From positions 82,338,001-82,402,000 of the forward strand of contig CM059432.1 of the NCBI GenBank assembly GCA_030390025.1: a stretch of 64,000 nucleotides of DNA, given 5' to 3'. The DNA is from Squalus acanthias. Lineage: Eukaryota. Position 1 is the stretch's first letter, and the number at the start of each line of letters is the position of its first letter. Shown one piece after another: positions 24,315 to 36,158 of this stretch. Position numbers and translations under genes: made by a program. The notes beneath the pieces are model-generated. The model was not told the origin of the DNA and searched no databases. It saw only the letters and a program-made list of their open reading frames with translations.

Positions 24315-26480
24315 GCTACAACAGTGTAAAGAAGTAAAAAGTAATAGAAGTGTGACGTCACCAGAAAGCAGGTAAGTGATTGGTTGGTGAGTATTTCTAT
24401 ATTTCTCGCTTTTTTTTCCAAATTTGGGCTTCTAAATTTAAGTGTCTTGGTGTAGATTAAAAGATATACCTGTTCCAAATTTTAAAACTAATGAATTAAT
24501 TAATTCAGATGGGAGACCAGGCAATGTGTTGTTGTTGCATGTGGGAGCTGGTGGACACCATTGAGGTCCAAGGCAACCACATCTGCAGCAAATGTTGGCT
24601 GCTCGAGGAACTTCGGCTCAGAGTTGATGAGCTGGAGTCCGAGATTCAGACACTGCGACACATTAGGGAGGGGGAGCGTTACCTGGACACTAAGCGTTGT
24701 GTGAAGGAGTTTTGGGTACTGAGCAGCACTTTGCAGGTTCATTTTGATTTGCCCTTCCTTGTATCGATTTAGCAGAGACTGTGGGAGCTGCACTCTGAGC
24801 TCTTTGCCTGGTACTCTCCATTGTTCTTTCCAGCACATTTGATGTGCAAGTCTCTCCAGGCCGAGATTCAAGGCTGCAATGAACAGGATGTGGATGGAAA
24901 GCAAGATTAACCATCCCCTTTAAGAACTGGCCCGTGCCATTGTGTGTGTGTTCCATTGCTGACTGACATTACATGAGCTTCGCCAGCGCTCTGAGTTAGC
25001 GCCTCACTGCTCGGCCTTTGCGCCTTAAGACAGGTGTGCAGCGCCTGCTTTAGCGCTCCACTCACCTCCCGGGGCGGTAAAAGTGAAGTTTCCAGTCAGT
25101 GCCGATAATTAGCGCCAGGCGCTAATATTTGCGTCCAGACGATATTTGCGCCCCAAATGGGGCGCGACCTAATTTCTACCCCTAAGTTCCAGGAGGCAGT
25201 CACACCCACTAGAGTATTTACTTCTAATTTGGCCCATGGTCAGGGACAGGAGGGTGTGACTACAAGCGAGGCAGGTATTGGGATCCAGGAGATAGTGATG
25301 GAGGAGCCTCTGCCCTTGGCCTTGTCCAACAGGTACGAGATTCTTGCTCCCTGTGTGGACGAGGGCAGGGACTGCAGGGTGGATGAGCAATCTGACCACA
25401 GCACCATGGTACAGGGAGCCATTCAATTGGTGGGGGTAAAAAGAAATGTTGTAGTGGTAGGGGATAGTATAGTTAGGGGGATAGACACTGTTATCTGCAG
25501 CCGAGAGCGTGAGTCCCGAAAGCGGTGCCAGGGTTAAGGACATCTCCTCTGGGCTGGAGAGAAACTTGGAGTGGGAGGGGGAGGATCCAGTTGTCATGGT
25601 CCACGTAGGCACCAATGACATAGGTAGGACAAACAAAGAGGTTCTGCTGACAGAGTATGAGCAGCTAGGGGCTAAATTAAAAAGCAGAACCACAAAGGTA
25701 ATAATCTCTGGATTACTACCTGAGCCACGAGCGAATTTGCATAGGGTAAATATGATCAAAGAAATGAACGAGTGGCTCGAAGACTGGTGTGGGAGAAATG
25801 GGTTTCGATTTGTGGGGCACTGGCACCAGTACTGGGATAAGAGGGAGCTGTTCTGTTTGGACGGGCTTCACTTGAACCATGCTGGGGCTAGAGTCCTGGC
25901 GAATCGAAAAACTAGGGCTGTAGAGAGGGCTTTAAACTAAATAGTGGGGGGGAGGATCCAGGTGAGCGGAAATTTAAAAAGTCAATGATAAATGAGAAAG
26001 CAATAATTCCAGAGAGGAGGGGGTTGACTTATGAGGAAAGGTTGAGCAGGCTGGGCCTATACTCATTGGAATTTAGAAGGATGAGAGGTGATCTTATTGA
26101 AACATATAAGATACTGAGGGGGCTAAACAAGGTAGATGCAGAGAGGATGTTTCTCCTCATGGGGAAATCTAGAATGCGGGGGCACAGTTTTAGAATAAAG
26201 GGTCGCCCTTTTAGAACTGAGATGAGGGGGAATTTCTTCTCTCAAAGGGTCATAAATCTGTGGAATTCTCTGCCCCAGAGAGCTGTGGAGGCTGGGTCAT
26301 TAAATACATTTAAGGTGGAGATAGACAGATTTTTGCAAGATAAGGGAGTGAAGGGTTATGGGGAACGGACGGGGAAGTGGCTTTGAGCCCAAGATCAGCC
26401 ATGATCTTATTGAATGGTGGAGCAGGCTCGAGGGGCCAAGTGGCCTATTCCTGCTCCTATTTCTTATGTTCTTATGTTCA
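24315..26480 (+). mobile_element. CR1 LINE with 5' UTR, ORF1 and 3' end, lacking most of ORF2
   Basis: ORF1 relic 24509-25940: Cys-rich zinc finger and leucine zipper (CCMWELVD...ICSKCWLLEELRLRVDELESEI), then an SGNH esterase (VGDSIVRGID, VHVGTND, DGLHLN). It jumps at about 26005 to GLTYEERLSRLGLYSLE and ends in a (TTCTTATG)n tail. Confidence 0.85.
24694..25182. mobile_element. One-ended Harbinger fragment (right end of the 55707-59924 family) inside CR1 ORF1
   Basis: 24851-25182 is highly similar to 59586-59924. Flanked by TAA at 24691-93 and 25183-85. Confidence 0.85.
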
Positions 26481-26566
26481 AATGGGAATATGGATTGATG
26501 GAAATTGTGAAGTTTCAGATTGGTTTATTATGCCAGGAAGCTTGCAAGCAGAGTGATATTATTTCA

Positions 26567-28770
26567 TAAGAACATAAGAAGTAAGAGCAGTAGTAGGCCA
26601 TACAGACCCTTGAGCTTCCTCCGCCATTCAATAAGATCATGGCTGATCATCGACCTCAACTCCACTTTCCCGCGCGATCTCCATATCCCTTGATTCCCCT
26701 AGAGTCCAAAAAACTATCTATCTCAGCCTTGAATATTCTCAAAGACTCAGCATTCACAGTCCTCTGGGGCAGAGAATTCCAAAGGTTCATAACCCTCTGA
26801 GTGAAGAAATTCCTCCTCATCTCAGTCTTAAATGGCCTACCCATTATCCTGAGACTATGCCCCCTAGTTCTAGACACTCCAGCCAGGGGAAACAACCTCT
26901 CAGCATCTACCCTGTCAATCCCCTTCAGAATCTTGTATGTTTCAATGAGATCGCCTTTCATTCTTCTAAACTCCAGAGAGTATAGGCCCATTCTACACAA
27001 TCTCTCATCATAGGACAGTCCTCTCATCCCAGGAATCAATCGAGTGAACATTCGTTGCACCGCCTCCAAGGCAAGTATATCCTTCCTTAGATAAGGAGAC
27101 CAAAACTGTGCACAGTACTCCAGGTGTGGTCTCACCAAGGCTTGTACAATTGTAGCCAGACTTCTTAAACTCCAAGCCCCTTGCAATAAAGGCCAACATG
27201 CCATTTGCCTTACTTATTGCTTGCTGTACCTGCATGCTAGCTTTCTGTGTTTCTTGCACGAGGACACCCAAATCTCTCTGAACACCAACATTTGAAAGTT
27301 TCTCACCATTTACAAAATATTCTGTTTTTCTATTCTTCCTACCAAAGTGAATAACCTTATATTTCCCTACATTATATTCCAACTGCCACCTTACTGCCCA
27401 CTCACTTAGTCTATCTATATCCCTTTGCAGACTCTTTGACCGCGATTTTTCCTATCGATGTGGCTTGGGGGCGTGACAGCTGCATTCCGGGTTCCAGTCC
27501 CGCCCCCAACGATATCAGATGCGCAGATGCGATTTTGCGTCAATTGGCCTTGTTAAGCCCACCCTGTGGGCTTGCCGGCCAATTAAGAGGAAGCCGGTGT
27601 CAGATGACGTCAGTTGATGACGCGTCATCTGCCGGTTTTCTTAAAGAGGCCACGCACAATTTTTTTTGACAGATGATTTTTCAGTGTTTCACAGCATTGA
27701 GGTGCTACTAACACTGACAATCACTGTACAAAGGTGAGCCCTTGCACCCAGGCTCTCCAGTGACTCCCTCCTTAGGCTAGAACAGATGGCAGCTGCAGGT
27801 GAGGTTACAGAAGCAATCTGTCACTGGTGAGAGAGATTCGCCTAATGAGGTGGGACTGCACACACAATCCAAAACTTGTCACCTACAGAAAAGTGTAAAT
27901 GCATTAAAAATGATTTTCCCAACATTTTCTTACCTCTGAAACTTACCAGTGCACCGTTGGATCCTTCACACCACTTCTGCAGCTGTCATCAATGCAGAAA
28001 CATTACAGTAGACCCACAGCACGCCACACTTACCTGGTGTGGTGTCCAGACATCGGGAAGCCCGCAGTAGACCTGTCAAAATTGCAAAAAGCCTCTTAAA
28101 CTGCCTGTTAACAACCTGTTAACAATTTGCGCATGGACCCGACACCTGGGAAGATTAAATGGAGGCGGGTTGACAGCAGGTTTCCGACCTGTTGTCAATA
28201 TTTGCGATTTTGCCGGACGTCCCGCCTCCAAAACCGCCCCCTGAGCGCCGGCAAAATTCCAGCCTTCGTGTTCTCCTCACAGCTTACTGTCCCATCTAGC
28301 TTTGTATCATCAGCAAACTTGGATACATTACACTCAGTCCCTTCATCTAGGTCATTAATATAGATTGGAAATAGCTGAGGCCCCAACACTGATCCTTGCG
28401 GCACCCCACTAGTTATAGCCTGCCAACCTGAAAAAGATCCGTTTATCCCTGCTCTCTGTTTTCTGTCCGTTAACCAATCCTCTATCCATGCGACTATATT
28501 ACCCCAACTCCATGAGCCCTAATCTTGTGTAATAACCTTTTATGTGGCACCTTATCGAATGCCTTTTGGAAATCCAAATATACTACATCCACTGGTTCCC
28601 CTTTATCTACCCTGCCAGTTACATCCTCAACAAACTCTAATAAATTTGTCAAACACGATTTCCCTTTCATAAAATCATGTTGACTCTGCCTAATCATGTT
28701 ATGATTTTCTAAGTGACTTGATAACACTTCCTTAACAATGGATTCCAGCATTTTCCCAATGACTGATGTC
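26567..28770 (-). mobile_element. CR1 LINE RT/3' portion, split by a Harbinger derivative
   Basis: Peptides [28 protein letters not shown] and LVRPHLEYC. A (CATAAGAA)n tail near 26567 faces the upstream CR1 tail. Confidence 0.9.
27438..28264 (+). mobile_element. Shorter relative of Harbinger family A
   Basis: Ends GACCGCGATTTT / AAAATTCCAGCC with flanks TTT/TTC. The left part resembles 5380-5600. It interrupts the CR1 cleanly. Confidence 0.75.
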
Positions 28771-28892
28771 ATTTCTGACTAATAATAATACTGTTGATGT
28801 AAGACTGATGGAAATATTTAATGTGGACGCGATAGACTTGTTGGAAGATGACATATGCAAGGGGTTTGTATACTATCCAAGGATACTAGTTA

Positions 28893-29353
28893 GAAAAAGA
28901 AAAAAGAAAGACTTGCATTTATATAGAGCCTTTCACGACCTCAGGAAGTCCCAAAACACTTTACAGCCAATGACGTACTTTTTGAAGTGTCGTCACTGTT
29001 GTAATGTAGGAAACGCAGCAGCCAATTTGCGCACAGCAAGCTCCCATAAACAGCAATGTGATAATGACCAGATAATCTGTTTGTGATGTTGATTGAAGGA
29101 TTAATATTGGCCAGGACACCAGGGATAGCTCCCCTGCTCTTCTTTGAAAGAGTGTCATGGGATCTTATACATCCACCTTAGAGAGCAGATGGGGCCTCTT
29201 ATAATGTCTCCAAAAGACGGCACCTCCAACAGTGCAGCACTCCCTCAGTACTGCACTGGAGTGTCAGCCTAGAGTTATGTTTCTGGAGTGGAACTTGAAC
29301 CCACAACCTCCTGATTCAGAGATGAGAGTGCTACCAACTAAGTCACGGCTGAC
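28893..29353 (-). mobile_element. DeuSINE (SacSINE1/AmnSINE1-like), full length
   Basis: Reverse complement of 60669-61135, including the tRNA-like head. Confidence 0.85.
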
Positions 29354-29521
29354 ACAGGGAACGAAGGAGTCTGGAGAGCCCCAGATACCTCTTGCTGTTT
29401 CAGGAAAAGTGGTGTCTGGCTATGCGGCTGTGATGTTCTACAGATCTCACTGTCAGCATGTGGCTTCATCCTGGATGAAGAATTCCTTAACAGGTTGATC
29501 GATGGAACACAAAGAGAACTG

Positions 29522-30256
29522 GGGGCAGAGTTTCCACTTTGGGCGCAATTGGCGTAAAGGGCGCAAATTGTGTCCAAAATTGCACCCATTTTGAAAGCTG
29601 TTTTTCTTTCTCTCTCTCTCTCTCTCTCTCTCGAGTTCCCGCTCAAACTCATTTGCATATCACCGAACGCAAAATCTGCCATGAACCAGCGCAATCGGGC
29701 AGCGTTTTAAAACTTTTTTTTAAAAAAGCTCTTACTTCAAAACAATGTCCTGATATATTTAAGCGGGATAATTGGTACAGTCTGATTAATACAGCTGAAA
29801 ATGGGTTTATCACAGGAAAAGAAGCAATTTTAATCACAGTGTCAATCCACCACCTATGAGTAACCCGACTTTAAATTACTGAAGTTACTGGGGTACAGCA
29901 GTCAGTTTCTTTGTAATTTAAAAAAAATTATATTCAAAAGCTTTGAAAATGTTCCTGTTAGTGTCCTTGCATTCAGAAGAACGAGCTTAATTTTTAGAGC
30001 CTCCTCAAAGGCCTGCAAACGAGCGCATTTAGCGGAAACTCTCAATGGTGATTAATTCACCCTGGGGGCGTGGCCAGTTTTGTGGGCAGGGCCAGCTTCT
30101 AGCACGATGTTTTTAAACTTGCGCAAAAGAGCGCGGAAACTTGAGTTACGCCGAACGTAATTTGTGCGTAAAATTCCGCGATCTTTTGCACCGGTTACAT
30201 CAATTTAGGCCAAATTACACCGAAAAACCAGCTCAACTGAGCGGAAACTCCAGGCC
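29522..30256. mobile_element. Harbinger-type MITE
   Basis: Imperfect TIRs GGGGCAGAGTTTCC / GGAAACTCCAGGCC and CpG-rich subterminal regions. No clean TSD. Confidence 0.55.
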
Positions 30257-30296
30257 GCAATGTTTGAAGAGAAGTAGGTATTGTGTTAAACACCTT

Positions 30297-31040
30297 GGGC
30301 TGGATTTTCAATGACCCGTGGAGTCGGGTTTGGAGGCGTGTGGGGGGGTTAAAGTTGCGGGGTCGGGGGTGCCTACCCCATCCCGACTCCATCCCGCCTC
30401 CACACAATTTTGACAAAATCAGTCGCGGGGTTCCCGGCTCCATCCCGCCTCCAAGAGGCGGGAGAGGCCATTAAAGCCCTTAACAAGCCCTAAATTGGCT
30501 CTGTAATGCCATTTTGAAACATTTTAGCTAGTTTAACCCTTTTCCGACGTGAAGTACGCCTGATGTGAAACACTCCAGTGAAACCTGGCGGGAGCAAGTG
30601 GATAGCTGACTATCAGCTGCAGGTCCACTATTACAACGGAGATGTGATGAAGGTAGTAGTAGTATTAGGTCTGAAAGTCGCCTCTGATGCTGCTGCATTG
30701 AATGTCTTCAGAGACTGGCCTTTGCTGTGAGAGGATCTCTCTCTCTCTCTCCTCATTTTTGCATCCAGGTCCACTCACAGCAAAAGCCAGGCAAGTCCTC
30801 TCACCAACAGGCAGTCAGTCTCTGACCTGCAATGCAGCAGCAATGATGACATCATCAGAGGCGACTTTCAGACTGAAACCACTAATTGGTTCATGGGTTC
30901 CCACATGCTGCAACTCAATTGCCCAATTAAGTGAAAATTGCATCATTCATCTACATTAATCTGGAGTCGGGGCGGGGGGGGGGGTAACACGAAATGCGGA
31001 TGACACGACCCCAACCCGACCCCAAGACAAAATCCAGCCC
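30297..31040. mobile_element. Harbinger-type MITE (family B, copy 2, inverted)
   Basis: TIR GGGCTGGATTTT and CTT TSD. Confidence 0.88.
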
Positions 31041-31116
31041 CTTATGTATGGTTTGGCAAACAGCATTTTTTCTTAAACCAACCAAATGAATAAAATTGGG
31101 GAGAAAATATTGGTGC

Positions 31117-32703
31117 CTGTTAGGGAGGTAGACATGTTGGCATCCAAAATCTGTATGGCCATAGTCATGGCCTGCATGGACTCATTTAAGAGCCGTGCTT
31201 GAAGCTTCATTGGGGTGGCCATTCTGTCCATGGTGAACATTCTCGCAATTACCTGCGCCACTCCTCCATCCTCTCCGCTATTGTGGAGAGTGTGCGTCGC
31301 ACATCTGTCAGTACCTCGCAAAGTTGCTGATGCACCTCTAGTGTTCTCCTTCTCAACGATGGCCCCCCACGATTCAGCATCTGTGTCCAGCTGAGGTTGG
31401 AGAGGATTAGGCCTCCTGATGCAGACTCTCCACAGCTGTTCCTGCCACTCGTGCCTGCTCGAGCTCACTTGTGAATTGTGAATCTCCAGGCGAAAACCCA
31501 ACTAATTCTCTCCCACTGAGGTGCAAGTATTTGTGCTTATGCATGGCTGTACGTCATGTGACGGTGCACCTTCAGAAGGAATGATGTCCTCTGAGGAATC
31601 GTCTCATACATCTCCAGCAACACTTACTGTACACATGTAAGCCCTGGAAGACAAAATAACAGGATGTGAATTAGTCATGGCAAAGTAACAATACTGACAA
31701 TCAACATACTCAGGCTTCTCATAGTTCAGTCATTGATGAAGTAAAGTCAGCATATGTGTGTCAGAGATATTTTTAATTCTGTCACCAGCTATCTGTGAGT
31801 TCCCAGTTTCTCCATCTCCGATTGAGAGGAACGCCGATGTGCCACTTATCTCCATGGCCTCCTCCTCTGCACCTGTGAGCTGCACAGTTTGTGGCGGCCC
31901 ACCTCCAGTCCTCTCCCTTTCCCTCTCCTTTGTGTTTTGCGATCTCTTCTCCTACAAGGGATGAAAAAACAGACCTGTGAGTGAGTGAAGGTGAGGTTGT
32001 TGTTGTTTTTGTTGTATTCACCCAATGGATGCATCACATTGCATAAGGATTGGTGTGAGTGGCAGTGGTGGAGAATATATGTGGAAGTGCACAGAAAGTG
32101 AAGGCTGGGTGATGCTGAAAGATGAGAAGGTGTGAGGAGTGATGTGATGGAGAACGCTTACCAAGACAGAGTGAAAGGAGGCAGTCGCTTAAACCGCAGC
32201 ATGTAGGTGAATCAGCAAATATCTTACTTTTCCTGACCTGGTTAGGTCATTAAACCGCTTCCTGCACTGCATCCAAGACTGAGGCATAACACGCCTGCTG
32301 CTCACCTCCTCAGCTACCTCAACCACGCCTTCTTGGTGAGAGCCGCAGATTTCTTCCTCCCATTGCTGGGGAAAAGTATGTACCTTCTGCTCCTGACTGC
32401 ACCCAGCAGTAATTCCAGGGATCCATCATTAAATCTGGGTGCTGCCCTCGCTCTCTGCGCATCCATCCGAACACCGCCTGGCTCCTCCAAATTCCATTTC
32501 TGCATTAGCCCTTCAAATAGTGGACTTCAGATCGCATCATGTGGGTGCGCATTATGTCCACTGTGCAGCTTGGAGACACAAAACTTATTACCTCAATCAA
32601 TCTGAAATTGCAGATTCCGACCCGGTGACATTACTTCCAGGTTTCGCGCACGCATTTCCCACTTCCCCTGCTCGGAATTCACCTTTACATTAATATCGGG
32701 GCC
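31117..32703 (-). mobile_element. Harbinger right-end fragment with a decayed Myb/SANT gene
   Basis: Peptide MDAQRARAAPRFNDGSLELLLGAVRSRRYILFPSNGRK...KKAWL with downstream exon relics. Terminus TAATATCGGGGCC. Confidence 0.7.
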
Positions 32704-32864
32704 ACTACGTCTGAGTTCACCATAAGCAAATATGATTTATGTCCAACTTAAACAGTTCTCTTTAAACAAATTCACATTCACTGTTTAAAATTGCCACAGT
32801 AGTTGAATTTGGACCAGGACATTAAGTAATGTCTTCTGGATTTGATAATCACATTCCTAAGGTA

Positions 32865-35750
32865 AAAGTTGGAATTACTCAGCAGGTCAGGCAGCATCTG
32901 TGGAGAAACACAAGTCAGTCAATTGATGTTTCTAGTCTAAGACCCTTCCTCAGGACCGGAAGGTATTACAGATGAACAGCATTTTCAAAGGAACAGAATA
33001 GGGAAAGGGGGAAGGGGAAAAAATAGAGAGAAATAAATAGAATGACTTGTGAAGTGCTTAGGCAGAGAACAGGAGATGGTTAAATGGCAGAAGTGATATT
33101 AGCATGAGACAAACGAAGGCATAATGAGGGAAATCAAAAGAAATAAAAGATATGTACGAGACACAGAGGCTGGAATTTTGCCGGCGCTCAGAGTGCGGGT
33201 TTGGAGGCGGTTTGCTGTCAAAATCACAAAGATTGACAGTGGGTCAGTAACCCGCTATAAATCCGCCTCCTTGTCAGTTTCCCAAGTGTCGGTCTGTCAT
33301 CCCTGAAGTGGCGGGTCAGCCAATTTAGATAGTTAAAAGCTTATTAAAAGGTAGTTAAGAACCATTTTCCCATGTACTTACTATTTTACCAGGTTTTCAA
33401 CGAGGTTCCCGGAGAGCAGATATCACGTCAGGTAATTATGTCGGGCTCTCAATGACTGTGGATTGCTGTGAATAGGTGACAGCTGCAAAGGTGGTATAAA
33501 AGCTACCATTTCACAGCTGTTCACTTCCCAATCTTAGAAGCTGGAGCATTAATGATTTGGAACCCACTTTTGAGCTTTATGCACTTTTGAAGTTTGGAGT
33601 AATCTCTCTATCCACTGTCACCTCCTTGGAACAACCTATCTCAACATTGACAGATTACTTCTGTCATCTCAACTTCAGCTGCCATCTATTCCATCAGCAT
33701 TAGTGCCCTTGAAAAAATCTCACCTTGGTCCTCAGAGTCCCAACACGATCAGCCCCAACACCAGCATCACCGGGCACACCAGCAAACCAACATCCACACC
33801 AGCTTTCTCCGCAATCAACTGATGCTACACTGGACACAGGGCAACAGCACCCGACCACATTGCTGGCCGGGAGGCCAGGGATGGCCTCACCATAGCCAGA
33901 TTTGCTTCACTTAACACTGCACACCCTGGCTGCCACATGATGCACCAGGTTGGCACCACCCCACACCAACACCATAAAGCATCCCTACAATGCCCAAGCC
34001 ATTCCTTTCACACTCATCACCATTGCGGGGGGGGGGGGGGGGGGGGGGTGTGGGGGGGGGAACGTTACGTCTCACCATTCACTGGAACTCACTAAGACAC
34101 TTTCAAAGGTGCACACAAATCTGTCCGAGAAGGCAAAGTGGTGAAAATAAGGATTTCAATGCTTGACAACACATTAACAGAAAGTTTACACAAATATTGC
34201 CTAAACACCCAAGTGCCTACCCTTGTGTGTTGTTAGTTGGTATGATTGGACTAGGATGAGGGTGAGGGTGAGGGGTGGCTAGTGAGATGGGGAAGTGATA
34301 ATATAGATAGAGAGGGATGGGTGGAGGTGCAAGGTAAGTTGGTGTGAGTAAGGATGTGCAAGAGTAGGGTAGGGAAGGCAGAGTGATGGGGAAGTGATGA
34401 GTGGTACAGGAGGATGAGGTTGAGTGTGGCTTTGCAGTAACGTTTCATGATCTATTGTGATCATTGAAAGGTTTGCGCCACTGCAGCCTGGTCCTCCTGA
34501 CAACATCCCTGCTTGTGTCTTCCTGTGCAATGTGCAACCAGGCTGCGTTGGTCTCCTGTGGAGGTCTCTTCCGCCCATTGGAAGGGAAGAGAACCTCCCT
34601 GCGTGCTGTGACTCCCTCCATAAGCATATGAAGGGAGTCATGGGAGAGCCTGGGTGCAGCCGTGCACCTCTGTGCAGTGCTGGTCAGTGTTTGCAGCACC
34701 TCAATGCTGTAGAACACTGACAGCACAACTGTCAAAATGAATGTGGACATGGCCCCTTTAAGGAAACTGGCTGATGACGCGTCATCAGATGACGACATCA
34801 GGCCCGCTTCCTTTTAATTGGCCGGGAACCTTGCAGGGCGGGCTTAACAAGCCCAATCAGGGTAAAATCACTTGGAGGAGGTGGGATGAAAACGGGAGCG
34901 GGGTTTGAGGCCGCCGCCTACTCCGGCCGCACTGGACTCGCCACGGCTGGTGAAATCGCGGCCAGAGAGTGTATGATTGGCTAATGGGGATAGGTAGAAA
35001 GGAAAGCATGACAAAACAGAAAAACAGAGCAGGCTCCAGTGGCCTGGGAGCCTGGTGGAACAAAAAAAGCAGGTCAACACCAAGGGTGCAGGACACCCTG
35101 CAGTAATGTTCCGAAGGGGGTGTCCCCACCCAAAGTAACAACCTGCTCCCTATCCCACCAACCCCCATCCCTGAAAATGCCAGCACACACATCTCACTTT
35201 GCCAGAAACTACTGCCAGAGAAAAAATGGGAGTGTAATTAAGGTCTGAAGTTGTTAAAGTCAATGTTAAGGCCAGAGGGCTGCAAAGTGCCGAGTAGAAA
35301 GACGAGTTGCTGTCCTTCAAGCTTACATTAAAAGGCCAAGGACAGATGTGATCAGCAAAGCAATCAGCTAATCTACATTTGGTTTCCCCAATGTAGAGGA
35401 CATTGCATTGTGAATTGGAAATGCAGTCTACTTGGTTGGAGGAAGTACTTGTAAATTGTTGTCTCACGCAGAAGGAGTGTTTGGGGGCCCTGGACAGTGG
35501 TGTGGGAGGCGGTGAATAGGCAGGTTATCTCCAGCACTTGCATGGGAATGCGCCAGGGGAAGGACAGTGGATGGTAGGGATGATGGAAGATTGAACCAGG
35601 ATGTCACAGAGGGAACAGTCCCTTCGGAAAGTTGAGAGGTAGGGTAGGGGAGGGAAGAGGAGGGGAGGGAATAGGAGGGGAGGAGAGGGAAGAGGAGGAG
35701 AAAAAGTGTTTGATGGTGGGATTGCCTTGGAGGTGGTGGAAATGGCAAGG
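32865..35750 (-). mobile_element. Decayed Penelope-like retroelement, split by a Harbinger
   Basis: GIY-YIG-like peptide FTSTSSNQVDCI...CNVLYIGETKCRLADCFADH (about 35350-35460). The terminal sequence at 32865-32950 resembles Penelope ends as I recall them from sharks. Confidence 0.6.
33168..34963 (-). mobile_element. Non-autonomous Harbinger element (family A, copy 2)
   Basis: TIRs GGCTGGAATTTT / GAAATCGCGGCC and AGA TSD. Colinear with the reverse complement of 5274-7028. Confidence 0.88.
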
Positions 35751-36158
35751 AACATGAGAAAACAACGTTTGATAAAAAAACATTATTAAAGCTTAAAAAG
35801 TTATTAAATATTAACTTATCTGAGTATTTAAAAAAAAATCAAAATAGCACCAGAGAGGGGAGTGAAACCGGATTAATTTGTCCCTGCAGAGCGGCAAATA
35901 CCAGAGCCTCTGCAGTAGCACACGGTGGCCAAAATATAGAACTGCAGCATCACAGGTTGTCACATTAATGGGAAAATCCTATTAAAAAATGACGGGACAT
36001 AACATAACATATTTAATCATATACAGTATATATAGATTGATGTAGCTAATTTCTGCAGAAACTGAGCAGCCCACGCACAGTTACAGTTCTGCTGTAGCTC
36101 CTGGCAGATACACTGCTTTATGCCATGAAGCAACACAGTTTCCAGTTTGACCAAGCAA

